From contig NC_047070.1 of NCBI RefSeq assembly GCF_902459465.1, positions 11,284,001 to 11,348,000 of the forward strand: DNA of 64,000 bases, in the 5' to 3' direction. The DNA is from Asterias rubens. Lineage: Eukaryota. The translations under genes and the position numbers were made by a program. Under the pieces are notes generated by a model that did no database searches, was not told the origin of the DNA, and saw nothing but the letters and a program-made list of their open reading frames with translations. Below are positions 1 through 12,211 of the stretch, one piece after another; positions within the stretch are counted from its first letter, which is position 1, and each line of letters begins with the position of its first letter.

Positions 1-160
1 CTTATTGGCATCGTATGTCCTCTGCCCTACCAATTCCACATCAGATGAGTGTGCAGGTTCCTTAGCCACCTTGTGATGGATGTCCTTATTGGCATCGCAT
101 GTACTCTGCCCCGCCAATTCCACATCAGATGAGTGTGAGGGTTCCTTAGCCACCTTGTGA
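1..160. repeat. Tandem repeat with 84-bp unit, about 2 copies visible, running off the window start
   Basis: cttattggcatcg...ttccttagccaccttgtga starts at 1 and again at 85. Confidence 0.85.
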
Positions 161-175
161 AGAATAACAAAAACA

Positions 176-1020
176 AACTAGAAATCTAGAGTTTGTGAAC
201 AAACTCACAGTGTTCGGCATAAACCTAGTAAAGTTATTGCGTATTTGACAATTTTAGGGTCAATACATGTATTGTGTGCAATGTTTTGTCTCTTGTGCTA
301 TGCTGATGGGCGAAATATTTATGTGTGCTTTTTTATCTTTATGCATGAAGATTTGTTATTTGAAACTTTAACTTCCGGTTTTGACAGGAACTAAAGGTCA
401 AATGGGGTCACACATTGTGCAATATCTAGAATTGCACAAGAGCTTTAAATTGATGTAATGATTGTTAATGTACCACGTTTCATTAATAACGAACGTATTT
501 TTGTATGTACAAACTTATACTTCCGGTTTTGACCGGAAGTGAAGGTCAAATGGGGTCAGACATTGTAACAATTTGTATAATCGTCCTAAGGCCTTACAAT
601 AGGTTTATTTTATTAATATACACATTTATGGTATTTAAATAAGAATTTTTGTTAAAAACTACTACTTCTGGTTTCGACCGGAAGTAAAAGTAAAGGTCAA
701 ATGGGGTTACACCCTGTGTAAGATTTATTTAATACTTTACTTACTTTAATACATGACCTTTTATATGGTGTAAAGATCATGTATCTAACTTATCTGAGTT
801 TATTTAACGTTATGATGTCATCAATGACGTCATCATTTCAAAAAAGTTTCGGTATCATCTACTCACTAATATCTTTGTACATGTAAATTTTCAAGTTCAT
901 ACAGGCTTTAGTTTTTGAGAAAATCGACCGACAAGGTTCAAGGATAAAAAAGCGCACCCAAAAAATAAATAAAAACAGAACAATAACAATAGGTTTTCGG
1001 CCGCTAGCCGAACACCTAAA
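176..1020 (+). mobile_element. Non-autonomous Helentron/HINE-like element
   Basis: 5' hairpin GAGTTTGT-ga-ACAAACTC (189-206); three internal copies of acttccggttttgac(a/c)ggaa..aaggtcaaatggggt (371, 519, 664); 3' hairpin AGGTTTTCGGC-cgcta-GCCGAACACCT (991-1017); A-rich flanks; no ORF. This matches the HINE layout; the family assignment is inference. Confidence 0.55.
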
Positions 1021-1428
1021 AACAAAAACAAACTTTGTCATAACATTGTCTGTGTCACTGTGAACTCAAGATGATGTAAACACTAAAGGTAAAGGTTAAA
1101 GTTTTGATGAACTATTCGTTTTGTCTACTGTTGGTGCAGAATCTCTGTAAGGGGATTTTGAAATAAATATCGACTGCTTGTGATCATGGTTTATGGTTTA
1201 GTCAAACCATCTTGTCTCATCCCCGGTGCATGCTACTTTCTCTCTGCTTTGCACTAGCAAAATAGGATGCAACTTTGTAATCAGAAAAGTTAAAAAGGGT
1301 AATTAATATTTGATGAAACTGCAACAGCTTTCCATTTTTCATTTTCAAAAATAATGTATTTCAAAACTTTATTACCATCTGTGTTATCAAACCATCTTTC
1401 CTAGCAGTGACACACATGAAGAACTCAC

Positions 1429-2661
1429 CTGGTGCTCTTGAACACTTCTTTCCAGGCTGTCATCTTTATATCTCACAATGTACCTCCCTGCAATTAACAA
1501 GAAACTAATTAATATAGCCCGACATAGTAAAAACTATCCTCCAATGTCAATGCACTAACATTTGGATAACAAACTCACTGAAGCAAAGTGGCTTGAAAAT
1601 AGCAAATGTTTTGATAGTTTTATACAAAGCATGCTTTTGATTTCGTTGGTTATTTGAACTGTTTTGATAAGCACTGTTGTTCTGCTCAATTTACAATAGC
1701 AGAATTGACGAAGAAATACATGGAGGACTTCTCTGTCATAACTCTTATAGTAAATGTTTGTGTCAACTTTTTGTGCAACCTGCTACAATCCCGACGATAA
1801 AAACTTATGGTCCAATAAAGTTTAATGTTTCAATATCTTTAAAGCAACAGTAAGTATAAACAGATGAAGCGGAAACATTACAATTCATCAAAATTCAACT
1901 AGTAGATAAAACTAAAAAATGTTACTATTCAGCAAACCACAGTATTACTATTTCTACCATGACAATTATTAAGAGCCCTCTAGCGACCAAAAAGCAGTAC
2001 ATATACAACTCAAATTCATCGCAATTAGACAAATTAAGGTTATTTCCTCAGTTCATGCACCTTTTTCAAATTAAGTTTGAAACCCTACCTCTTTTGATAG
2101 CAACAACACTTGCAGAATGCCATGTGCCACCAGGAGGCCACAGAGCCTTAACACAGTCACCTACTGCAAACTGAAAAAGATAACAAAAGCTTGTTTTCAC
2201 TTCTAATTAATATTAGTTCATTCTTGCATCGGGGGAATACAACATTTTTAATCATGCCCCTGCACAAAGGCTGACTGTTGTTAATGGACCGAGCAAAAAT
2301 ACAGAAATAGACCAAGCCGAAATAAAGCAAAATAATACATAATTAACAGGAGATTGTTTTAACAATTGGCAGTAACATGGGAAATGGGGTAAAATTTTGT
2401 AACAGAGTGAGCTCACACATCACTTTATTATGCAAATTCTTGGCTGAGGAAAGAACACTGACAGTCAGCTTAATAACTCAGTCACAGTTCAAATATTCTC
2501 TAATGGTGTCAATTAATTTCAATTCACAGCTGATGTTTTACTTCTATGCTGCTATTACATGTATATGGATTATTTTGCATTGTATGTCATGTATGTAAAG
2601 AATATTGAGCAAAACTTACTTTCATAGTTTGGCAACGCTTTGCCCTTGTAGAGGAAGACAT
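1429..2661 (-). CDS. Small spliced gene encoding a Tudor-like domain (3 coding exons found, 3' part not resolved)
   Basis: Exons 2661-2620 (MSSSTRAKRCQTMK), 2170-2089 (FAVGDCVKALWPPGGTWHSASVVAIKR) and 1487-1429 (GRYIVRYKDDSLERSVQEHQ). All junctions are GT-AG and phase-compatible (0, 1). The joined peptide has the Tudor pattern G-D-x-V-x-A-x-W...W-H-x-A-x-V...Y-x-V-x-Y-x-D. Confidence 0.6.
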
Positions 2662-5600
2662 CTTTACTGTAAAATAATACAGCAATAGGTTGACATTAGC
2701 AAAAGGTATGTGTTCCTCAATTCAAATTGAAACCCCACTATCACATGGTTTACTACCTTGTACCATCTGACAGTTAGATATAAAGTGATAGCTGTGTTTC
2801 TCCGTAATCAACTATAATCACCTCATTTGACAGTTTAGTTCATAACGTTAATGTTTTGGTAGGAAACAAATAAGTCACATGGGATGCCCTACAACTGCTC
2901 AGGCTGTGTCCGAATGAATGGCTTCGGCAGTGGCTACAGCTGGAACGTCGAGGATTCCTATTCTTCAACATTGTCGTAGCAGCCAGTGGCGATAGCCGTA
3001 GTCGAAGTCGCTTGATTCGGAGACGGCATTAGCTAGAATAATGTCTGGTACATTGACTTCTGTGTTCCCTCGTGAATATTCAGGAATTCAAATTTGAATG
3101 TTCATTTGTGACCAAGTAAGTCATTGTCTCAGACATACCAAATCTAAATCTTTTCCCCCAAGTTTTCGATCAGTATTGATTATATGTAAGTAATTGTCCG
3201 AACTACTCCAGGCCTGCCAAAATCCAACAGTGGTGGTGTCCATAGAGTAATTGTACACTCAAGGGGTAAATGTCACCCGAGGCGAAGCCCATCACAGCGT
3301 GCAACAACTTTTTTGTTATACCATGGTAGTAGTCCAGATTAATAAATTGGTCCAGAAAAGTAGACGATCAGGCGAACCTTGAGTAAACATTATGTAGTTT
3401 TACATGGTCGCTCGGTGAAAGTATTGCTTCACTGACCCCACGTCACAATGCACAGGAACTTACATTAATCTACCTGGTACCAGGGTAACCTTAACCTCAT
3501 ACCCGGGGCTATTTCCAATATTGTACAAGGCGGTGGGAATGGCCTACGGTGGGAACGATCCTAGGTGATGTATCACTTCTGTTACCCGGCATATGAACAT
3601 GTGTTTTTGTAACACATCACGTGATTTGTTCTCGTCCAATGGAATTTCACAATCTATAATCGTTTTGTAACAAATGCTTTTGTTGGACTTTGAATGATTT
3701 GAGTACTGTAAATGTTGGCTTTGCTGTTGGACTATGGATGGATGGTTGAGTACCAATGGTCCAGGGTGACTGAGTGTGGAAAGTGGACTGCTTTATTGCC
3801 ATGCTCATATCATTGACATCCTGCTGTTAAAAACAACTGATAATGGCATGTATTGTACTTACATGTGCTTGGCATTGTTTATAACACAATACAACATTCA
3901 TTTCTGAATTTGTGTGAACACTTTCTGAATTAACGTATTAAGTTTTCAAATGTTTCTGTTTGTTTTCGGTTTCAAATAATGAGTGAAATAAGACTCCAAA
4001 TGAGGTTTCCTCTCCAAAGACAAAAATTCTGGCCATTAGGTTGAATACAAAAATACTAAATACAAAGGTAATAACCAAATGAGCATCAACTTTCAAAGTT
4101 TCAAAAGTTCTCGATTCTTCTAGAGGTACATGTAAAAAAGCATTTACAGACACTAATGCAAAGTTATTTGTCAATAGGCTTTAATTCTATTACTTTTTAC
4201 TTACCCAAAATTAATAAACAATGAATACAACTACACAGTAAGGTCGATCAAATCAGGCTGGACTCCACTGGCCCGAATCTTCTGTCGACTGTGGTCCTAT
4301 TGTATCAGACGACCACTGATCTTCACTAGTACTAGAAGCACGCAAATATGAATTTCGAATCACTTCTGCGTACATGTATGTTCTACACACATGGTTGTAC
4401 AACTGGGCAATCCGGAAACCATTAAGGTTTAAGGACATTTCTATTTTTCGAAACGATCTAGCGACTAAGAATACAAGTACTAGAAACATCAGTGGCACTG
4501 AAATAAGAATACAATATACTATCCAGTCAGTCATAACTGCAACAACCATGAACCTGTAAATGAAAACAGAACCACAAAACTAGGAATTAGAGATTGTTAT
4601 CAATACCTCTTGAAATGTTACACGGTTAATATTAGTAGCTGGTGGAGGTTCCAAAGCAACTACTGGTGATTAATAACAAACCATGTAACATTTGCAAAAC
4701 GAATGCCGCTGTTTTATTCCGTCAAAAAAAATTATTAGCGTCCCCGATATCGATTGCAAGCTAAGAAACACGGTATCGAATCTTATTCCAGACTGTTTGT
4801 AAATCCTTCTTGGCTGCATATTATTTTACTTTCTTAAGTTGTGTTTAAATCATCTTAGGCCTAAATAAATTTTACCTGTGATAAAATAGGGTGGGGGAAA
4901 TCATGCTGACTCAACGACATCACAAGTCATGATGCGAGACGATGATGTTAATTATCCGACTATACCATGTACATGTACTATCAGACTATAGCGATTCCCA
5001 TTTGCCGCCATTGCCTTTACACCATGTACACTGCATGCATACACGAATAATCAAACGATAGCGGGGGTGCTGTTTAAAAATTAGTATGCTTTATCAACTC
5101 CCAAACACCATCTATCAGTGGAATTGTCGCAGAGTCCTTGTACATAGTGTTGAGTGCCAAGGACGTTAACAAGATCGCTTTGCACCAACCAAGACTACAA
5201 GTTTTAAAACATTTCCAAAATTTAGGATGGCCGGGTTACTGGCAACACAGGATTTTTTGCCTTAAGTTTTTCACCTGCACGAGGGATTTTTCACAAGATT
5301 GTGACGGTTCTATTCTATGTTCTGACACCCCTGTTCTGACCACCCAGTTTGGATCAGGATATGGAAAATACATTGTCGTTGGTGTCGGAACATAACACTG
5401 TGAAAAATCACAGTCATTAATTATTTGCGTTATGTTTGGAACTGCTTAACCTTTTTAGTGGAAATTCACTCGAAACCTGCACATGACATGGCTGATTACA
5501 TTTTTTCAACATGCACATATAAATTTTTATGGATGAAAATACCACCACACTGCTATATGGCAGAGCTAGAGTCAAGTATTGCCACATACTTATGTCACAT

Positions 5601-7494
5601 GTGATCAAAAATTGGAAATGAAAAGAAATATGTATTTTTGAGGATTTAGAGGCCTACCCCTACAAAAATATGATTTTTCCTTTAGATAGGCTAGGCTTGG
5701 GCTAGGACTAAACTTATATTTATAGAATAAAGAAAAGAAAAAAGGGTTCAGCTTCCTCCATCAGTTATGAATATGAACAAAACGTGTTCAAAAATTTTCT
5801 TCGCAATGGCAGAAAAAGCTCCTTGTATGCAACGCGTCACAAAGGAGTCCAGTCAGTGCGCAGTGTGCTCGATAATGAGGGCTTATTTGGAGACCGTTAT
5901 TTCTGCACAAAGATTGTATTGTTTTAAATTTTGGTCTCATATTTCCTTATTTTGAGCCCCAAAAATTATGTGATAATTTTGGTAGGTACAATAAAACATT
6001 GTTGCTCCGTTGTATGATAGTATTTTTTCGTTACAGCATTTATTTTTCCCAAAATGGATTTTTGAAAATGTATCCTCCCAGCTCATTACGTATTCATAGC
6101 CGTTACGGTCATAGCAAATGAAAGGAAACGCTTTTCTGCCCGCTGCGCACTGACTGAGTCCAACCTGGCATGCCTGGACAAGTTGCCAAGGATCATATGT
6201 CGAAAGAAAACCTGTCGCTAACGTTACTGTTAACTGGGTCTTTGTATATTTTTCTCTATAATAAACCTCAATCATATGCCAATTAGGACATGACGAAAAA
6301 CAAGTAACAAAAATAGGCCTATCTAAAAATAAAAACTTACAGTTTTATGAGGGGCACACTCCGTCCGCGTCTGATCTTTCACGTGTCTTTTGGCGCGACA
6401 GCCTTGTGCAAGAAATACCAAACTCATACACATGGTTGCGCTCGCACAGCTATACAGCGCCGCACCACCATACTTTGCATGGATAATTGGGAACGAGGTC
6501 GCGAGATACTGGTCTAAGCTGTCATGACTCGCTTGATCGAGGTCTCGCTGGTCGGCAGTAATACACACAGCGTGGCCCCCGTGTGGCAGTCAACACACCC
6601 AACGGCTGCAAAATATGGCACAAACGAGGACGCGTTTTTTTTGCATCGAGAATCGGCGAGAAAGAATGAGACGGGGTTGCAGATAGCATTTTTCAGCGAG
6701 ATTTTAATCGAGGACGTCCTCGGTATGACATATGTCCTCAGATGGAGGGTGTGTGGTCACATGTGTGTCCTCGGTACACCCCTTCCACAGACGCACACAC
6801 ACAGCCTCCTCCATAATCGAATACCATAGCATTGCAAGGTATAACACTGGTACCAGCATTACTCACAAGGCGCAGAACATTTAAAAAACGTTGGCTGATT
6901 AAAAAGGAAACATCCAAAAATTAAAGGGCTTATATCTCTGCCAATAGGTCAGAACCACATTCTGGTCAATAACATTTTCATATGCTGCCAATGGAGGGGC
7001 AAAGTTACAAATGAATTGCTGGAGGAATGTAGTATTTGTGAAAAATTTGACATCTTGCATGAAAAATGTTGCCAAGCTGTAAACTTCTTTTGACAAAATC
7101 TGTAAAGCATAAATTAGCTTTAACGTGCATGATCAGGCGCAACAACTCTACTTAATAGAATTATTTTTAAATATATATTATTAACCAATATTTGGTCCTG
7201 CAAAGTTGCCTATTGGCAGCAAAGTTGGGGATTTTTTTATGAATCACCTTTACATGCAGTAGAAATAAAACTACAAAAAAAAAAAATATTAAAAAAAAAA
7301 TAAAAATAAACAGTTACTTTATAAAAATAAATTATCTGTAAAAAATAAAGTGCAGGATACAGGGTTCTAATGTCTATGTCCTGAGCAAACAATTCACAAC
7401 AAGTCTTCAACTGATCTGTACGCCAGTCTGCCTCAAATTCCAGTGTAGGATACAGGGTACAAATGTCCTGAGCAGACAGATCGCATCAAGTCTT

Positions 7495-10400
7495 CTACTG
7501 ATCTGTATGCCAGTCCGACTCGAATTCCATTATCCCGCGAAGGAGGGCTACAATCTTGGGAGCGACGATAGATTTCTTTTTCTTTTTGCCTCCATTCTTT
7601 GCACCTACTGGCCCCTCTGGGTTGATGCCAATCAGTTCCCTGAAAATGAGAGAACACAAATTTATCTTGCGTAAGAATCTGCACATTTATAAATATAGCA
7701 GAACTCAAAGGTCTAGCTGCCACAGAGGGTACAATACACCACCACAATGTTTGGGGGGGGGGGTGTTGAACAGGCCTAAAGATTTCATGACGTCGTCGCA
7801 ACACAATGTCACATCACTCCGTCATCGCCTGGACAGAGACCGACGTGCCATCACAAAATATGACGTCGCGTATCATCGTCTGCCAGTGGCCACCCTTATA
7901 GCATCACGTCACGATGTCACCAGGGTAATGACACTGTGACATCACTGGGTACTTGGGGAATGTGTAGCGCGATGCCATGGCATCACCGACATCACCACTG
8001 GTCATGATGTGCATCAGTCATCATGCTCTTTCAAACGCAAACAAGTTTTGTAGCAATAACATTGAAACCTAAGAAAAGTTAGTAAAAAATCTCACCTTTG
8101 GATAAACTCCATTGTGACTGCCGCCTCTGGTGGATACTCTAAAGAAAGAGTATAAAAACATGAGAAGAGGCTAATCACAGCTTCACTGAAGGTGGCAATT
8201 CGATCATTGACAACGGACCCCTCCACCACCAAGTAGAACAGGTTCTGTCCCTGGAACATGTCTTCCCTTGATCCTGAAATAACAGGGAAAAAAGTAGTAC
8301 ATGTAAGCGACTAGTGATGAGGGCCAGACAGATGACATGGGATGCAATACTGCTGGTAAAGGCTCGAGGAAGCTGAAATCTAGTCCCAGAACACAGAAAG
8401 CACCCATTTTAGTCCAGGAATCAGAGGTAAGCCTGTGCGTTAACGGGTAATTTTGGAACCGGATACCCGATTGGTGCAATGGTTCGGGTTTCGGGTACCT
8501 GAAAATGGACCCGTAAAAAAAAGCGGAAGTTCATGTGTATGAACAATAGCGTGGGGGCCTTCAGTGCGTGAACGCTAATAAAGATGCTAGTAATATTTCC
8601 TTCCTGAACGTACCTATAAGTCAAAGATGTGACAGAAGTTGGTTTCAACTTCCGAAAGAATTATTCAACATTTCAATCTTTCTCTCTAGATTCACTCCGG
8701 ATGTCATGTAAGATATCCATGGCCAAACGTCCGCCAGATATCAAACTCTCTGGATGGTCTGTGGGCATCCAGAAATTTACCTATGGACAGAGTGCATCTG
8801 AAGCCAAAAACCTGAAACTGGGGACAAGAACCTGAAACAATGTGAAAAGCACAGACCCCCAATCGCTAAAATTTCTCAATGATCCAAGCCAAATCCAACA
8901 TGTCCAACAACTTCTGGTTTTCGATCTTTCCATCCAAATCCTAAAATCATGCAATTTAAACCTCTCATGCCAGTTGGCATTAGTCACAAAACTCACCAAT
9001 GATTGCAATGAATGGAGAAGGAGGCTTCAGTTTGTCACTGTCAATCTTCTGCTTATTACCATCAACCTGAAATAATGACATTTAGATGTTTAGAACATAA
9101 CAGATGTGGATAACTGCTCAGGTTGGGAGAGGTGGGCATGACCCCTCGGCCAGAGCAATTCCCCATGTCAGTTTCACCGTATGGTCGACACCCTTATCAC
9201 TGCAACAACGGGACAGGTGTTGTCACTACCAACATTATCTCTAACCCGGTTTTCCCACTCACTACTACCAGGACATTGTAAAAGAACAGTATCCTATCTA
9301 CAGCAGTGCATAAGTTTGTTCACCTGCCTGGAGTGAAAATAGCCTTTTTGGATCACATTCCAGATAGAGCAACAAAATCCACTAAGTTCTTGATATTAAG
9401 ATACTACATGTAGTTCTGCCTCCAAATAACAGAATTGCCAGCACCATTCGGTATCTTCATGGACTGCTCAGTGACCAGCACAGTGGGGTGGATCGTAGCT
9501 TTCAGTGGATAGGGCCTGACCATTCACTAGAAGGGGTGGTCCAAGGGCTGGCCAGCAAATATCAAAATGGTGCCAGCATGTCTGTTATTGGGGAGCAGAA
9601 CCAGTGATAATTTGCCCAGTATACATTATGATCCAAGGCAAATCATGGAGAAGGGGCATCCATTTAGTATGTATGCATTGGAGGGGGGGGGGGGAGTCAT
9701 GAAAATCAATGCCATTCTGCGTACTCAAATGCATTTGCTGTACATTATTTTATATGTGAAATGCATACAGTTGGAGGGAGGAGGGGTCCAAAAACTTGGT
9801 AAAATGTGTGTACATAGTAAATGGATGGCCCCTATTAAGTGACTACTTACTCCATAGAAGCGAAAAAGCCTATCTTCTTCTTCTTCGAAGTAGTGCAGGA
9901 GCAGGAAGGAAACACCTTGGCATTGAGGGTCAGTTGATTTTGTCTCCTCCACCTCGGCCTTTATGATGCGAATCCACTGCTTCAGATCCCCAGACTTCTT
10001 TTTCTGTGGCCCTGACAAAACGTACTCGTAAATGCGACAACCCTTGTTCCTAGCATGAAGCGAAACCTCCATCGCAGACTGCAGATTTATTTCGGTGAGC
10101 ATGTGGAAATGGTTGACAAGACACTTGCAGGTTAAGAGAAAAGGCCACTCCTTATTGAGTTCAACAATAGGCATGCCACTGCAAATATCTTTGCGCTGGA
10201 GATGGTACGTGTCAGTCATTAGCTTCGTCACTTCCTCAACGTCACCGTCAGGTAGCTCTTTCAGATTCTGCAGCTGTTTTTTCTTCTCCATCTGGGCATT
10301 GACCTCGTCTTCATTTGGACAGTGTGGCAACCACATGCCCTGTTTGCAGCCATACATATCGAAGTCACCAGTACCCTTCGTGCTGTCATCCGAAGCTTTT

Positions 10401-11622
10401 GACTGCAGCACCTCAGCTTTCCGTTTGCGAATCTTATGAGTCTCATTGTAAATGCGATTCTCTATTCCAGAGAAGAGAGACTGGTACCCATTGCCCAGTT
10501 TGGTTCCTCCAATACCCCTGTCTTCAAAGGAGCAAGGGTATCTGTCACAAATGGCTTTGGCAGCCTTGCGAATGGATCCACGTTTAGTAACTCCCACTCC
10601 CAACATTTCATCACTGACAATTCGCTTAACTTCACGTGTCTCTGAGGCAGTAAGGCACTTCCGACTGGCACACTTTTTCGTCACAGTGCGTGAGAATTTA
10701 TGCCATGGGATGCTGAAATCCGATTTGACTGATTCAGGAGTAGAGCTGCTGCTGGTTTCTTCAGGATCCGTATCGGGAATGGTACTTGGTGAGGACATGG
10801 AACCTTCCAACAGATTTCTTTCATCGAGATCTGTGCCAGAGGTAGCAGCAAATCCTGAAAAAAATAGTGACACATCTATAAAATCAACAACATAATAATA
10901 AGCCTTGGGCCTAGCGCTTCGCTGACAGTTAGCTGTGGTGGGTAGGATCCATGAGGAATTTAAAGTTAACATTTAGAGATTGGATCTTCAGGTGATGTTA
11001 GGAAATCCACAAAAAGACTTCCAACAAGCCTGGCATCAACATAAATGAGCCTTCAACAAACTCAAGGCAATTTCGTGCTGAAATCTTTAAATTTTGCAGA
11101 CTGACCACCTAGCTAACTAGAAACCTACCAACAACATGTACCCACCACAAACCCCATAGCTGCTAACTTGCCCCCCCCCCCTTCCACCGCAACCACCTTG
11201 CCACCCACTGTCCCCTTCTGATTTTCTAGCTCAATAAAATTTGATCCGTGTCAGACTGCATGGGTTTAAGGAGGCCACATTGTGCTATTTGTTATAATCC
11301 AAACATTTGAGGGGCATGAAGGGTGACAATAAGTTGATGATTGGTACAGTGTAGCCTAGTTTGGTTCATTTACCACATTTACTGGTAGTAGGACTGAAGA
11401 AGCCATGCCATGCTTACTTTCAGAAATAGCAGCCAAAAGTTTCCTTCTTCGTAGCGGTTTTAGGAAGGGCAGGTCATCCTCTGTAGCATGCTGCAGATAT
11501 TTGACTTCGTCACATCCAAGTTTGTCAACAAGTTCAATCATGATCTCTTGAAGATTTTCATCGTCCAAAGTAGGGAAAACCTGTGACAGGAACTGTGTTA
11601 ACTCCGCTGCCTCCTTGTCCAT
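7495..11622 (-). CDS. CACTA/EnSpm accessory protein (SAM domain, SAMD3-like ORF2), intact 5-exon 533-aa ORF
   Basis: Exons 11622-11418, 10854-9851, 9066-8997, 8273-8096 and 7639-7495 total 1602 nt, with GT-AG junctions, phases 1/0/1/2 and no internal stop. N-terminal SAM-like motif (QHATEDDLPFLKPLRRRKLL), middle motifs (YPCSFED..G.G...L, WPFL) and C-terminal FYTLSLEYPPEAAVTMEFIQRELIGINP are typical of this family. It lies directly downstream of an EnSpm transposase. Confidence 0.85.
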
Positions 11623-11870
11623 TTTGCTTTCTGAAACAGCAGACAGAAGGCTAAACATCATAAGGATTAAAATGTATTTTTGAAATGTTACAGCCACAAT
11701 TGTCAATCCAATGTCTTGCAATCAATAAAAGATAATGGGGGGGGGTCCCTGTTTATTTCCTGACATCTAATAAATCACCAAACCTGAAGCAGGCATCTCT
11801 AATAGAGGTTGAAATCATCACAATTTACGAATGGAGGGAAAAGGACATGGCAGACTAGGAAATAAAAAAT

Positions 11871-11939
11871 CAGTGTTCTCCACGACCTTAAATTTTGGCA
11901 GGGCAGCCCGCCCTGCTAAAAAACCCGTGGAGTACATTG
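11871..11939. mobile_element. 69-bp mini-MITE with hAT-like CAGTG ends
   Basis: TIR CAGTGTTCTCCACG / CGTGGAGTACATTG (12/14 match); internal hairpin GCAGGGC-agccc-GCCCTGC (11898-11916). No clean 8-bp TSD. Confidence 0.5.
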
Positions 11940-12211
11940 GAAAAATGGTGGAAAGAATTCCATATAAAAAGTTCACTTGACACCCTGTGAACAAACCCTA
12001 TGAGACTGGTCTGAAAAATTGTAAGTGTTTTCTAAGAAAATGCTTATATTTTCTCACTGATAAAATTGACTTTTATGACATGTAATTACTTTTTGGGGGC
12101 TTATAGGTCACTGCAGGGGACAATTAGTGAACTTCTTATATGGAACTCTTGTCGATTTTTGACTACCAGTATTGAATTCATTTCAAACAAATTTACCTCA
12201 CACATCTAAGT

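Noticed and set aside
4253-4549. 98-aa ORF with a hydrophobic stretch as a membrane-protein exon
   Set aside because: It has a plausible acceptor, but I found no phase-compatible upstream exon and no recognisable motif.
10095-10895. Several plus-strand ORFs of 90-147 aa
   Set aside because: They are antisense shadows of the large exon of the accessory gene.
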